DNA of 64,000 bases, taken from positions 2,170,001-2,234,000 of the forward strand of contig CM097888.1 in assembly GCA_044892525.1 (NCBI GenBank). The letters are read 5' to 3'. A program made the position numbers and the translations under genes. The DNA comes from Schmidtea polychroa (taxonomy: Eukaryota). Positions within the stretch are counted from its first letter, which is position 1, and each line of letters begins with the position of its first letter. The notes under the pieces were generated by a model. That model saw nothing but the letters and a program-made list of their open reading frames with translations, had not been told where the DNA came from and searched no databases. Positions 1 to 13,568 of the stretch are shown in pieces.

Positions 1-2088
1 TCCAAACAACGAACCAACCAAGCTACTTCAAATCTTCCCCAAACATTGAAACCAGAGCCGTCATCGAGACGAGATCCCGAACAACCGAATTTTATTAATG
101 TGACATCACGACAGTATAAACATTTCATGGCATTATAAAACATTATCAAACAATCATGATTTCAAAGACTGAGACTGATTGTGACTAATAACATTGATTC
201 TTGAGCATGATAATTTTATTTTTGTGTGGACCGACCTCGGTCGTTCTTTTTCTTCATCTTTCAACCCATCCGTAGAATGTAGTATAATAGTAGCCTTTTT
301 ATGTATGTGGGTATTGAGGTCACGACCCTGTAGCTCGTAGACCCAATTTGCATGTAGGCACTTGTAATATAGTGCAAGTATTCTGAAAAATAATTTTCTT
401 CATCTTGTGATTTAAATTGCGGGTCGCAATTTTATGGGCCCCCGAGTGTTTTATGTTGGGCTAGAACTGACTTCTAGACCCAAACTTGAATTGTGACTGA
501 AAGGTGCAGGTACACAACATGCAAAAGCAAGACGTTTAGCTAAATATTAAAATTACATCAAATAAACAATATTAACTAAAGGAGAAAGCAACAAAAACAT
601 AAACAAAGAAATTAAACAAAATTATACAAAAGCAAGAAGTGATGCAAAAATCTAACTCAAAAATAACCAAATAAACACAGAGTTACAAAAAACAGACTCG
701 AATAACTTAAAAGACGATAAAAACAGTAAAACATTCCAGAAAAACCCAGAACATTCTATAAAAATGGCGATGACCATCACAAAAGTTATCTAGAACAACA
801 AAAGTTAAGGAAAATAAATAAATTAGTATTAAAAATAAAAAAAAAAAAAAAAAAAAAAAAATCTCAAAAAGAATTCATAAAAACATCAGTTAAAATAAAA
901 ATTAAATTAAAAGTAAAATAGAATGTTCTGGAACCGTTCCAAATCCATCATGGACGTAAAATTAATGAAAAATAATTAAAAAATAAAAATATAAAAATAA
1001 AAACAAAAATTATGGCACAAAAATTGCCATTAAAAATAGCAAAATCGTAAAATAGAAAATTCTGGAATAAAAAGAATTCGAGTTTGTTTTAATGCATCAA
1101 TACATACACGTGTACTAAATAGGTATATATACTGACACGTTTCAGTCACAATCAATCACTTTTTATGCCAGATTTTTGTGACGAAATTTCCAAAATCGAT
1201 AGTAAGCATTGATCTTTATTTGTATATTAATTGTTTAATTATATAGATGGTATTTTAAATTTATTTTTGCTTAAAATTTTTTGCGATGTATGAGTGATCA
1301 ACGGCGTACTGGTATTCCTGCGTCGTTGTTCAGTCCTGCATCCAATTTATTAAAATCGTTATTAACAGGACATGCAGACACGCATTATCATTATTATAGT
1401 GATATTTATTATATGATTTCTTTTTGTTCGGGTCAGCCGGAGGTCGAACTACTTCATGGTCCTGCCATGGAGTTAGGTCGAGGAAACCCTCCGCCTGACT
1501 CTTTGTATTTATTCAAGGTCAACCGTAAATGGTTGACTCAGCACACAACACTAAGGTTTGTAGAAGTGGTCACAGTGGGGCCATGGAAGCAATATTCTTC
1601 CCGACTTTCGTTTAATACACATGAAAAATCCACATTCAAAATCATAAACAACGACTCCACACTAAGGTCCTAAATTGAGTAGAGCTCATACCTAAACTTA
1701 CACAATTCTGCAAGCACATTAATGTAGTTGGTTGATCAATAATAATATTTTGGTACACTTGGACATATGCCGAATTAGGTTTGGTAATAGGAGCCCATGG
1801 TAATTGGAATAATAGAAATGGTAAAATTCTTCGGCCTATGTCTAAGTAGAGCTTAAATTTGGATAGACCTGTGAATAAATCACCGACTTAATGAATCCAA
1901 CGTAAAGGAAAAAGTTATAAATTTAAAAGAATCCCGAATCTAAATTCTCACTGTAACATATTCCTAAAGGTATAAATAATTGATTATAACTTTTATAAAT
2001 AACTATAATAGCTTGGAGATAATTATATTGATAAATTATAGACCTAAAACCGTAAATTACTGAATATAAAACTACCAACTATAAATTA

Positions 2089-2470
2089 AAAACCTAAATT
2101 TCTAAATTGTAGACTTTAAAAGTGTAAAGTATAATCATAAAGTCTAAAATACCGAATATAGTATTATAAGTTATAACCTATACAACTATGGATCAAAAAT
2201 CTAAACTGTAGATCATAAAAGGGCAAATCATAACGATGAAGTCTGAAATGTAAGATCGTAAAATGTTGAATATAAATTGTCAGCAAAAACTATATAATCA
2301 TAAAGTAAAAATCTAAATTTCTAAATAGTAGACTATAATTGTATAAATCATAACCATTAAGTCGAAAACATAACGTCGTAAAATATTGAACAAAAAATTT
2401 AAACCATATAATCATAAATCAAGAATCCAAATTTCTAAATGGTAGACCATGAAACTATAAATCTGAAAAT
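2089..2470. repeat. Degenerate tandem repeat, period about 110 bp
   Basis: The motif AAAA(T/C)CTAAATTTCTAAATnGTAGAC and variants recur at about 2089, 2196, 2308 and 2421. Confidence 0.6.
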
Positions 2471-2699
2471 AGAAAATTAGGAAGTAAAAAATATAAAATG
2501 GTAAAATGTTAAATAAACAATTTATAAATTATAAAGTGTATGATGAGAACTTCTAAAGTATGAATTTATAAACTGTAAGATAAAAAATTGAAAATCGTAG
2601 ACGAAAACCTGTAAAGTGCAAAATGTAACCTTCGAACTCATAAAATATGAATCCCTAAATTGTGAAAGCCAAAATACGAATGGTAAAATATAAAGTTAT

Positions 2700-2842
2700 A
2701 TTATCACTATTATTATTATTGTTGCCATTATCATTATTACTATTATTATTGCTATTATTGTTCTTATTACTATCCTTATTATTCTCATTATTATTATTAT
2801 CATTATTGTTATTATGACTATTACTATTATTATTATTACCTC
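2700..2842. repeat. (ATT)n-rich microsatellite
   Basis: Runs of TTA/TAT; these account for the poly-Asn ORF 2655-2891(-). Confidence 0.85.
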
Positions 2843-3787
2843 TACGATCATTTGTTATCCTCGTTATCACCATTTTTACGGTTATGATCATAATTAGTAT
2901 TACTTACTAGGAAAGCAAAAAATCAATTATTGATTTTTCCCCATATCTAGATTTGGAGTCAATTCTTTTGCCCAATAAAAACGTTCCTAACTGAAAATCT
3001 ATATTTAGCAACCCCCCCCCCAGAGAAACCTTAAGGAAAAATTCAAGACGGGGCTATGACAATCAAGAGTTTCCAGGAGATGGTGAGGATGACTCCGGCG
3101 AACCATGCAATTGAATAAATAAGCCATAATTCGCAGAGATTTACCTACATACAGAATACAAATATTCCCGAAAAATTTCCAATTTTCTGCGAGGGACAAA
3201 TTGCGGGTCCAAATCAAATATTGGGCATGAAATGTCATTCCCTGGGAAGAACTATGGGAAGACTACTCCAAGCTAATATATTCCCCTTACTCGATCGAGG
3301 TTCCTAATGTTATCGCCTAAAAAATAAGGAAGTAGAAAAATCAAATAAATTACTTGCATGTAGAGCAAACCACTCATAACGAGCACAACCGAAGGAAAGG
3401 TAAGCAGACGAAGAGCTTAGTTCGTTGCTAGTACCTGTCGCCCCAGCGTGCCCGAATTTAGTGGCCTAAAAATGACGATCTAAAAAAAATTCACATTTTA
3501 TTAACATATAAATTAAAATTTATAAATAGTAATTAAAATTACCACTCAGTGGTAAACAAAATTTTGAATGGAAATGATTAATTTAAACAAACGAATTTTG
3601 ACGAAATTCCTTTTTTTTTTGTGTTTGTTTTGATAAAGTAGGAAATCTTATTCCACTGCTCCTAAGCTTATAGATGTTAGTCTTAAAATAAAATATTTTT
3701 TTTTAAAGGGAAAAAGGGTCAACAAAATCTTGTGGTTGACGTCGTATCTCAATCAGTATAGAGGGGCTTGATTATTATTTTGTAGAA

Positions 3788-4153
3788 ATGTCCTACTCTG
3801 ACAGCGATAGCCACGAAGAAGCCGACCGACAGATGCTTACCAGACTCCGTACACGGTACATATGGCACCGTATCCATGATTGGAATCGGGGTTTGGACCT
3901 CGACAACTTTGGCCCAGTAATCAGGAGTGGGCCGGAGCCGGACGCTCCGGCGTGGGTAAAAACAGAGCCCACAAACGATTTTTTGCAAGAGGCCCGCGAC
4001 CGAGCGGCCATCGAGGTAGAAGCAGCTCAGATGCGACTCAAGAAGATCGAGCTACAAATCCAAGCAGAAAAAGAGGGAAAAACCGTGGAGGACCTAGAAG
4101 AGGCCGAGGCAACCCCGCGGAAGAGGGGAAGGCCTCGCAAGCGACTGAACTGA
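3788..4153 (+). CDS. Intronless orphan ORF with a coiled coil and a C-terminal AT-hook (RKRGRPRK), probably mobile-element derived
   Basis: ATG-initiated 121-aa ORF in a GC-rich island; helical segment EARDRAAIEVEAAQMRLKKIELQIQAEK; canonical AT-hook core RGRP. Confidence 0.55.
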   Translation: MSYSDSDSHEEADRQMLTRLRTRYIWHRIHDWNRGLDLDNFGPVIRSGPEPDAPAWVKTEPTNDFLQEARDRAAIEVEAAQMRLKKIELQIQAEKEGKTVEDLEEAEATPRKRGRPRKRLN

Positions 4154-4362
4154 CTCATCGTCAAAATTTTGTTTTTGCAAATTATCATTCAGTTGTGACT
4201 TTATTAAACTTTGATTTTAGTGATAATTATTTCAGTCCTTTTAATAAATCATCTTGTGTATTGCGTGCTTAACATCCGAAACTATGTTTATTTATAATAT
4301 TGATTTTATTTTATAATTGAATGAATAGTATGCTGCAAGAATATAATCGTTGAATTTATCTA

Positions 4363-4833
4363 GTGTTCAAACTATTGGAAAATCTGCGAAGAGATAGGGC
4401 AGAAGCTCAAAAACAGTCCGAGGAGCTCCGCATACGAGTAGACAAGCTCAAGGGACGGTGCCGGGAACTAGAAAGCACCTGGTTTAGTCCCGAGGATATG
4501 AAAAAGAAGGTGGCGCAGGTCCTTCAACTGCAGACTCAAGCTGCGCAGGATCAGATGGAGATCCGGGCACTGAAACTCCAGCTCCGCGCGTTAAAAACCG
4601 AACGCAATGAACAAGTAGTTCACGGAGCCGCCATAAGCCAAATCCGGCCGTTGACCGTGGAACTAGCAGCAATATACCCCCCGGCCGCGAAAGAGAAACC
4701 CAAAAGAAAGCGGTTAGGCCGAAATATTCGGGAAAAATTGAAGAAAGCTAGACTGGCCGAATACGAGCGACAAGCAAATTCGTCACTAGCAGCTGCGACG
4801 GAATTGGCCAGTCCTACCAATAAGCCTGTTTGA
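4363..4833 (+). CDS. Intronless orphan coiled-coil/basic ORF
   Basis: 156-aa ORF in a GC-rich island with heptad-like helices and a basic cluster (KPKRKRLGRNIREKLKKAR). The start codon is uncertain (GTG). Confidence 0.5.
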   Translation: MFKLLENLRRDRAEAQKQSEELRIRVDKLKGRCRELESTWFSPEDMKKKVAQVLQLQTQAAQDQMEIRALKLQLRALKTERNEQVVHGAAISQIRPLTVELAAIYPPAAKEKPKRKRLGRNIREKLKKARLAEYERQANSSLAAATELASPTNKPV

Positions 4834-5959
4834 ACTTATATTCGGTTTTAGGTGTTTTGTAGTATTTTTATGTATTGTGGTAGTCTTCAAATAATATGTT
4901 CCTTGTTAAAATACTGCACGTTTTGTAGTGATAAAATAATGACTAGTACAGTTTATGATTGCCTGGGAAATGAGAGTTTGTGCATAAGGTTGGGAAAACA
5001 ATTTTGATAAAGGGACCTGAGAAATCGGACACACACCTTCTATCGGTAGTCCGTGAACCCACGGAGTACTCGACAACTATAGTGCTTTGATGCGCTCACT
5101 TTTTGCGAGTACTCAACCCTTGGTACAGTACCAACGTTGATCACTCAACGGGTACCAAGCGGAAAAACAATGTTGTATTTTGGGTTACGCTGGTAACAGC
5201 ACTCAATCATTCAACCACCAGTAACCCACCACTATTTTTGCGGCTATTTTACCCGTAAATCTAGTGTTAAATAAATTATATGCATGAGGCAGTTTTATTA
5301 GAATTATTTGAGATTTTTAATTCCAAAATAATATTAGAAATATATTTATATTATTTTTTTTTGAGGAAATCAAAAATTATTGAAATTTTTTACTAAATAC
5401 TGTTAAAGTGACAAAAAGGTTTTCGCAATTTNNNNNNNNNNNNNNNNNNNNNNNNNNNNNNNNNNNNNNNNNNNNNNNNNNNNNNNNNNNNNNNNNNNNN
5501 NNNNNNNNNNNNNNNNNNNNNNNNNNNNNNNNNNNNNNNNNNNNNNNNNNNNNNNNNNNNNNNNNNNNNNNNNNNNNNNNNNNNNNNNNNNNNNNNNNNN
5601 NNNNNNNNNNNNNNNNNNNNNNNNNNNNNNNNNNNNNNGAAAAATAATAAACTGAAAGAATAAAAAACTGATTATGTAAAAAAATCCGCAGTTCTTATTT
5701 TGCAGTAGCGCCTCGTTTGCATCTTACTTGGATTTTTATTGTTATTAATATTAGACTTTTCTCCTTGATATAATTCATTTTTTAGATTTAAAAAATAAAA
5801 ATTTTAAAAGAAATTTATTACTTTTGTTGATTTTCGCCACTTCTAATGTTGCCTTTCCATGCAAGAATAATTGGTATCAACAAGTTCATGATGAGGTCAC
5901 CTTGAGCTTTAACTTTTGCATCAATTTATTTTTCAACATTAGAGAAAAAGATTTCTGAT

Positions 5960-6460
5960 TTCTGTCTTGTAAAGCCCAAGATATATAAACTTTATATCGA
6001 TGATATTTGTTTAGTATTTTCTACTTCTGATGATGTCGTTCTTTTTTTAAATTATATGAAAGGACTTCATTCAAATATAAAGTTTACAGTGGGAGAAGAA
6101 ATTAGTTCTTTTCTTTCATTTGTTAGATTTGTTAGTGAAAAGAATGGTTAATGGTTTCGTAAAATAAATATATAGAAAGCCATAGGATACCGGCTTATAC
6201 AGTACTTCTAATACTTAAATATAATAAAATATGATTAAAGGTTTGATTTTTAGATTGTGGTCATTAATTTCTACGTTTGAGAAATCTAGGAAAAACTATA
6301 CATAAGCTCGTTTATCTTTTGAATAAAAATGGCTATTCAAAGGGTTTTGTAGGAAGATTGACATAGACAACCATTGATTGGCTTTTGATTGGACCTGGTG
6401 TAAACAATGAAAATTATAATTCATTTAATGTTGGTTAACCTTTAAAATTTCACGTCTTAG
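5960..6460 (+). mobile_element. Degraded Penelope-like element, RT fragment
   Basis: Broken frames read KPKIYKLYIDDICLVF, HSNIKFTV, YRKP..DTGLY and NMIKGLIFRLW; same family as 62793-63092. Confidence 0.7.
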
Positions 6461-6685
6461 TTATTCAAGGGAATGTTTTACACTCGTTTGCACTCAATAA
6501 ACGCGCTTATAATATAAAACAAAAAATCAATACGTGTATATTATATAAACATACAAACTTAACTGCGTGTTGATTTTTATCGTTGCAATGAATAAACGCA
6601 TTTAATATAGAAAGTGAGAAAGTGGTAGGAAAATAAACTGACACACGCAAACACAACACACACAGTAAAAAATGCATGCAAATTT

Positions 6686-6687
<2 letters not shown>

Positions 6688-6733
<46 letters not shown>
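6688..6733. repeat. (TA)n microsatellite
   Basis: Direct reading. Confidence 0.95.
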
Positions 6734-6736
<3 letters not shown>

Positions 6737-7719
6737 GTTTATATTTATATATTCGTTGCAATGAATAAACGCACTACAATAAATAATTTACAGACATTTT
6801 TAGAATTTTTTAGAAAAAAATGAATGAAAATATTTTAACGAAAATTCCGAAAACTCAACTTTGGGTTCTATAGATAATGAAAACATTATTTCGTAAGATT
6901 TATCTTAAATTTTTAATAAATTTAACAGTTTTTAGTATTTCACATTGGCCTGAAATCTCAACTTTGCCTTCCGATGTTGGGAAGAAAACTAGAAAATCGT
7001 AAATTTTATTAACTTAAATTAAAAAATTAATATTTCTATAGAATTTGAGAACTTGACAAACGGAAAAAAGACGAATATAAAAATTTCAAAAACTATTTTC
7101 AACAAATCTACCGTTTTTCCCTAAATGTTGTAAAAAAATTGATATTTTTGGCGATAAATAAATTGTATTTCTTACTTAATTACTTAATAACAAAAATAAT
7201 AAAACTCACATTATATTGAGATAATTCCAAATAATAATAATAACATCTAAAACTCCTGAAAAATTAATTAAAAATAATTTATAATAAAGAATGTTGATAA
7301 AAAGTATTATTTAAGAGCTTGAATAATGATCTCATATCTATATCAAAAACGGTAGTTGTAGTTGTCCATCATTTCTAAAAGAATATATTAGTAAGCATCT
7401 TTTAGGAATAGCATTACGATTAAAGTTAGTTAAAGCTTCACCAGAAGCTACAAGTGTTTCATTCGGTGAAAAAGGCAAAGATAAAAAGGTATTAATTATC
7501 AGATAATTTAATTTTCTGTTTGAAATTACTTGAAATTTTTTTTTTACTTGAACTTAACAATAATTTTACTTGATGTTTAGTTCATACCCTTTATTCAATA
7601 TTCGGAAAGTTTTAAAGATTTAAATTTTTCTGTAAGGCAATTCAAATATATTTAAAATAATATCAAATTCTTTAAATCATTAAATATGTTTAGGAATAAA
7701 TATCAAACCATAATAGGTT

Positions 7720-7990
7720 TAGTGTCTGATCTAGTGTATTTATTTTCATGTAATGGGTTCAATGCCACATACAGTGGAGAGACTTCATGTCACCTCCGCA
7801 TACGGGTTCAATAACATTGCCGATAGAATAGTGTGAGTCATATTATTGAGCATAGGAAAATGTGTAAAGGGGTAATTGGTATAAAAGATTTTGGGAAAGA
7901 ATTTTGTGTAAAACATTGATGATTAAATCACAATTCGATACAATTAACATTCAATAAGCAACGATTTTTTTTGAGATCATTTAATTTCCT
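7720..7990 (+). mobile_element. Degraded Penelope-like GIY-YIG endonuclease fragment
   Basis: SDLVYLFSCNGFNATYSGETSCHLRIRV parallels CSDIVYQFTCNGCNATYIREASCHLCIRARE at 62388-62786(-). Confidence 0.7.
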
Positions 7991-10001
7991 ACTTACTAAT
8001 GCCGTTACAAGGGTATGTGAAATTGACTTACTACATTTTATTTATAATATTATTTCCGAAAATCTCAATAGAAGAGGAAATATTTGATATATAACGCACC
8101 CACGAAGTGCATAAATTTTAGTAAAATTAAAATCCTGTAAGGGAGAGCCTGATAAGAACATAATGACAAATTGCAATATCCAATTCAAGTATGTAAGGGT
8201 TCGTATTGCCATTGAGCAAGGTTAAACATTTACCATATATTATCAATAAACAAAGGGGGGGGGGTTGTCATCCATAAAATTGTATTACTGCATTTATTAA
8301 AAATTGTGATTCTGATTGAGCTGAAATAAAAAGTTATGAATAAATAAAGTTTCTAGCCAGCAATTAAAAATAATTTAATTATTTCTGATGATTTTATCAC
8401 CAATTAAAACAAAGCGCAAATAAATATCGGAATATCTAATGGATGTCACCGTTCTACCTTCAAATGAAAATGTTTATTTCAGAATATTTTTTATCTATTT
8501 TCTAACAAAGAGTTTTTGTTTTATTATTCAATGACATCATTAAGGTGCTTCCATGGAAACAAATTAATTTCTTAGAAATTTGGGATATTCCCCTTTAATT
8601 TGTTTTCGTCAACAACTTCTCTATTAATAGATAAATAAAAATGGCGGAAAACTAAACAGATTAAAATTAGCTATTTAGGTAAAAGAGCCTGGCCAAATGG
8701 GAAATATATGATAATATCTTAGTTTAATTTTATTGTGATAATTTTATATTTTTATTATTATTATTAAAATCTTTTAACTTCCTCACCTTTGATATGAGTG
8801 AAAATATATATTGGTGAAATTTTAATTTAATTAATAAATTATTTTTCAATTTAAATTCAAGATTTTAAAATATTTAAATTATAATTTTTATTATATAATT
8901 ATTAAAATTTTAAATTTAAAAATTCTTTAATATAATAATTTAATACATTTAAAACCACAACAATAGACATATAGACACAATTTACAACACAAATTATTTA
9001 GAAACATTCAGAACACAAGTGTTCACAGCATTTTGCATATTACTTTTCGGATACAATGATTTTATAAACAAAGCTTCTCAAATTAAACGTTACTAATAAT
9101 TATTGAAATTTTTTAAATAATTTTTTAAGTTTTTGTACTAACTATTTATTTTAAAATTAAATTTCATTTATATTTTAAATATAAAAATCTTAAAATTTTA
9201 AAATATATAAATTTAATACATACCCAATAATAATAATATTAATAATAATAAATAATAATAATAAATTAATAACTAATTACTATTAATTAATTTTAAATTA
9301 TATTTATTTTGTATTTTTTAAATATACTAGTGGCTCTGCCCCTGTTCGCTTCGCTTCACCAACCCATTTAGAACGTGGGGTTAATGTTAAAGTTGATATC
9401 CAGGGTATTCTTGGGCAGCAGTAAGATTCAGTTTATTAATATGTTTACATAACTATGATAAAAGATAATAGCATAAAACGTTTCTAAGTAATATAGAACG
9501 ATAAGTACAAAAGAATAAATATATCATAAAAAAATTAAAAATGACAACTGAAAAAAAAATTTAAAAAAATAAAAATAAAAAAAAAGTAAAATTTGGATGG
9601 AGGGGACCCTTAGCTTTTTTATATATAAAGAGATATTAAATAGCATGTGCATATTATACAAATGTTTGCGTGTAAATATTAAATGAAACTCATAAGAATC
9701 TCCCTATTTAGCCCTCTCAAATATATTTTTCGATTTTCATTGCTTTCTTATGAAAATATTCAGCCTATTTAGAGTCGAAAAAATATTTGAATTTCGATAT
9801 TAAATGTTTAGTTTATTGGAAATGAGTTTTATCAACTCCTTGCAACCTCCCCCCCCCCACCTTCTTAATCCCCTAATGTGATTGGTGACATCCCAAAATA
9901 TTCCCATTCAATTCATTATTTGCTCTAACTATTTCATTGGCTCCTGATCTAACCGACGTTAAGCCGATAAAAGAAGTTAAACGGGGAACAACTTTAGAGC
10001 A

Positions 10002-10802
10002 ATGAAAATGTTTATTTTATATTTTATATCAATCTGTGTACGCGTCGACCTAATTTTGTGTGACGTGCGATGCGCACTTCAAGCGCTCACAGGTAAATCC
10101 CTCTATTTTGTTATTATTAATGACGTTTGTTACATCCCTCAACAAAATGCGGTGAGATCTCTCGCAAATATTTCTGGGATTATTTATAGGAAATTACAAA
10201 ACGTTTTAGTTTTATACAGAATCATTAATGGAACTGGATTATTACCGTATGAATATTTCACGACCCCCTCCAATCAATCGTCTTCTATGATTAATGACGA
10301 AAGAAAAAATTACTCGGAGAATTTTCGTAGCATTCTTCTTGATGAATGGACTGGCCTTAGACCACTCAATTTGAATGTCACGATCCGAGACGTAAATGAT
10401 GTGGTGGTTGGTTGGTTTTATTTTCTCGTAAATGGTAACGACAATTTGACATCTTGGTTTGATGTTGACAATTTGGTGAATTCATTTCCCTGGAACATTT
10501 CCAGTCTTAAAAACTCAACATACAATTTCTTTAGCATTAGTGGAGACCGAACTCGAGGAAGGTCGTTTTTCATAAACACTTATTATAATGAATGCTCTTT
10601 TGATATTGGAGTTTTGAAGTTTTTTGACTTTTACGATTCCTGCAACTATCAGCTGCCATGGCTAACGAATACAATAAATTATCCCCAATTGATATATTCG
10701 GAATGGAGTGGCAATCCGGCTATTTGGAACATCTACAGACATCCTGCAAAATCTCTTGAAATAATTGGAAGTTATTCTTCCAATGTTGCAATATTTTGTT
10801 AA
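10002..10802 (+). CDS. Uncharacterised, probably secreted protein (paralog A)
   Basis: Intronless 266-aa ORF with a hydrophobic N-terminus and many N-x-S/T sequons; aligns by eye along its length with 12721-13568(-). Confidence 0.8.
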   Translation: MKMFILYFISICVRVDLILCDVRCALQALTGKSLYFVIINDVCYIPQQNAVRSLANISGIIYRKLQNVLVLYRIINGTGLLPYEYFTTPSNQSSSMINDERKNYSENFRSILLDEWTGLRPLNLNVTIRDVNDVVVGWFYFLVNGNDNLTSWFDVDNLVNSFPWNISSLKNSTYNFFSISGDRTRGRSFFINTYYNECSFDIGVLKFFDFYDSCNYQLPWLTNTINYPQLIYSEWSGNPAIWNIYRHPAKSLEIIGSYSSNVAIFC

Positions 10803-11981
10803 TTTTTATTTTGTATATTTCTGTATTCTTTTTTGTTATGTAGTGTTTATGACTTTTTAGAGCTGTCGCCGTCCGATTTCCTTTGATCTTTATTCTCTGA
10901 TTTTTGTATTTCCTTTGAATAAATAACACTAAAATAAAATTAATTAACTTTCTTTTGTTGATTACTTACAAATCGATGAAATGTTTAAGGATTACCACAA
11001 ATTATCGGCACAGCCTTTATCAGATGTTAATCAACTAACCAAATATCAATAATGAAAAAAATATTTTTTGTCACCAGGACACTCTCAATAATACAGGCAT
11101 AATTTATAATATAATGTTGGGATTCGACAATATACGCACGAAAACAAAGTGAAAATCAATAAAAACATCAAACTCACACAATAAAAATTAAAAGTACAAA
11201 ATATAAATTAAAAATTAAAAATGAATATTTTCAGGGGAACTGGTATTGGTGGATGCCGAACAATGAGACGTGTTCATGTATAATAAAAATAATGTTAATG
11301 GGGCTCCCAGTAGGAAATAATTACAAAAAACTAAAATTAATTAAAAAATTAATTAGCTAATTAAAAACCCGAGCCAATGGGAAACCCGAGTTATAAATCT
11401 AATTAGAAAAATTGAATTTGCGAACGAGGAATTAAATTTGGGCAGACTGTCAAATTAAATAAATTACCCAGACCAATTTGGGGAAGCCCAGAGGAAAGTT
11501 ATCAACATTTATTTGATGAGGAAATAATATAATTACGGGACCGGTATAAAAGCTACTGGCAAGTAAACAGAATTGAAAATTGGTCAATGAAAGAATATTG
11601 ATATATAATTAAAATGGAGTAAAAGCGAATTTAAATTTAGTGCTAACCAAATCGTTTTGAATTTGGCGTGCCAGAAAGGGAGATCTGCCATTGGAAGATT
11701 TATTTAATGCGACTAAATATGAAAATACTTTATTTTTTAATAATTATTTTAATAAAATTTGTGGTTAATATTAATGCCTAAATTAAGTTTGAAATTAAGA
11801 TTAAATTTTTACATTTATTTTTCATTTTTTATAAATTACAAAAAATATTTGGATGGCGTTTTCAAATAAAATAAAATTATTGCCCTTCTAAGTTTATTTG
11901 AATTAAAATAGTTATTAGTTGAATTCTTGCAAACCTTTACTGTAATTATTAAAAATATTAAAATTAAATAATTTATAATTA

Positions 11982-12530
11982 ACTAGCTGTTGTACCCGGC
12001 TTCGTCCGAGTTTACATTTATTATAATAATTCATTTAAATTAATTTTTTGTTTAATGATGTTATTACGTTCCAGTATTAATTTTATAAGAGCTTCAATTC
12101 CATGTTTAATTCTCAATAAGAAAAGCTTTCAAAATAAATTTCAATTTGTAAAATCGAAAACGCACTCCAATTTAAATCGAAAAATAACTGGCAATATTTT
12201 TCCAATTGCAAACTGGTTCACTAATCAAAAAAAATTCAAATTCTCCATGTTTGAATTCTGCTTTAAAAACTTTTTGACTAAATTATATTACTTTCAACTG
12301 CAAGTAGCAAGATATAATAAATTATTATTTATATGGTAAATTGTTGACCGGACAGACAAAAAAACCGACTGAGGGTACCCTAAGGGTGGTCATCTTGGGT
12401 TGAATCATAGCCTATCACCTGTCCCGAGTCAAATGAGGGTCACATGCAAATTTTCAGCACCCTAGGTCCAAAGTTGGGGAATTCTATAGAAAACAAACAA
12501 ACAAACCAACTTTCATCTTTATATATTATA
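11982..12530 (-). mobile_element. Helitron-like non-autonomous element
   Basis: ACTAG (CTAGT on minus) next to a short GC hairpin (CCCGGCTTCGTCCG); internal AGCCTATCACC and (ACAA)n; ends in CTTTATATATTATA. This layout is typical of invertebrate non-autonomous Helitrons. Confidence 0.45.
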
Positions 12531-12720
12531 TAATTATAAAATCCAATGGGGAGGGAAATAATTTTCACATATACAAAACGTTAAAGCATTAATAAATGTT
12601 GATTTCACCTATTTCTGTTGAGGGGTCGCCAGGAAAAGGTTGTAAAGAAATCAAATATTTATTGAAAATTGCAAATAAAACTAAACAATTAAAACTAAAA
12701 ATTAATTGTTAAAACACAAT

Positions 12721-13568
12721 TTAAACAACAATAGAAATCATATCTTCGTATGTTGCTGTTATTTCCATTGACTTGGCCGGTATCGAATGCAGTAAGGCGT
12801 TATCAGTTCTATTATTTATGGCATATTTTATGAAGGGGTACCCACAGTTTGATTTCCCATATGGACATGTATCCAAACTGTTATAAACACACATAACGCC
12901 TTTGTCTCTTTTGCAATAATGATTGGGACAATTATCAATGCAAAACATTCGATTGGTATATGTCCTCTTTTGACCGGTTATACTAAAAGTAGTATAAGTG
13001 TTCTTTAATAACTTATTCACATCCCATGGAAATGATGACTTTAATTTACTTTGTTTAAACCACGAAACTAATGTATCAGTCTTGTCAACCTGAAAGAAAA
13101 GCCATGCCACTGTAAGATCTTTTGAATTCTTGATGGTAACATTCATATTAATTGGTTTGATGCTGTCCCATTCATCTAGAATATGACTTGAAAGTTTTGG
13201 GAATAATTTCTCTCTTTATCTATTACCGATTTCGTTTCTCTTTGTTCTATTCGTGACCCACCGTTCTTTTCGGTATAGAATTTAAAAGAATGTACTCCTG
13301 AGCCAGTAACTAATCTAAACACAACCAAGGGCTTTGGAATCATTTCGAATCGCATCTGAAGGTTTATTTTAAATGATCTAGATGCAATATCCTTTTGATC
13401 CCTGCAAATTTGTCCGGGCATTACAAAATAGCTCAATTTGCGATCATACATGGCAATTGGACATTGCATCGCTTTGGTTAGCTCTGACAAAATGCCTGGA
13501 GCAAAGACCAATAGTAAAAACCTATATATGATCATACCTCTTGCAAATTTAAACAAATTAAACATCAA
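12721..13568 (-). pseudogene. Paralog B of 10002-10802, split by a 1-nt frameshift near 13188
   Basis: ORF 13176-13568 ends RNYSQNFQVIF*. Shifting frame gives SHILDEWDSIKPINMNVTIK, matching SILLDEWTGLRPLNLNVTIR in paralog A. Confidence 0.8.

Noticed and set aside
1281-1673. 130-aa ORF
   Set aside because: TTG start, no motifs, and no supporting splice or codon evidence.
2655-2891. Poly-Asn protein ORF
   Set aside because: It is the translation of an (ATT)n microsatellite.
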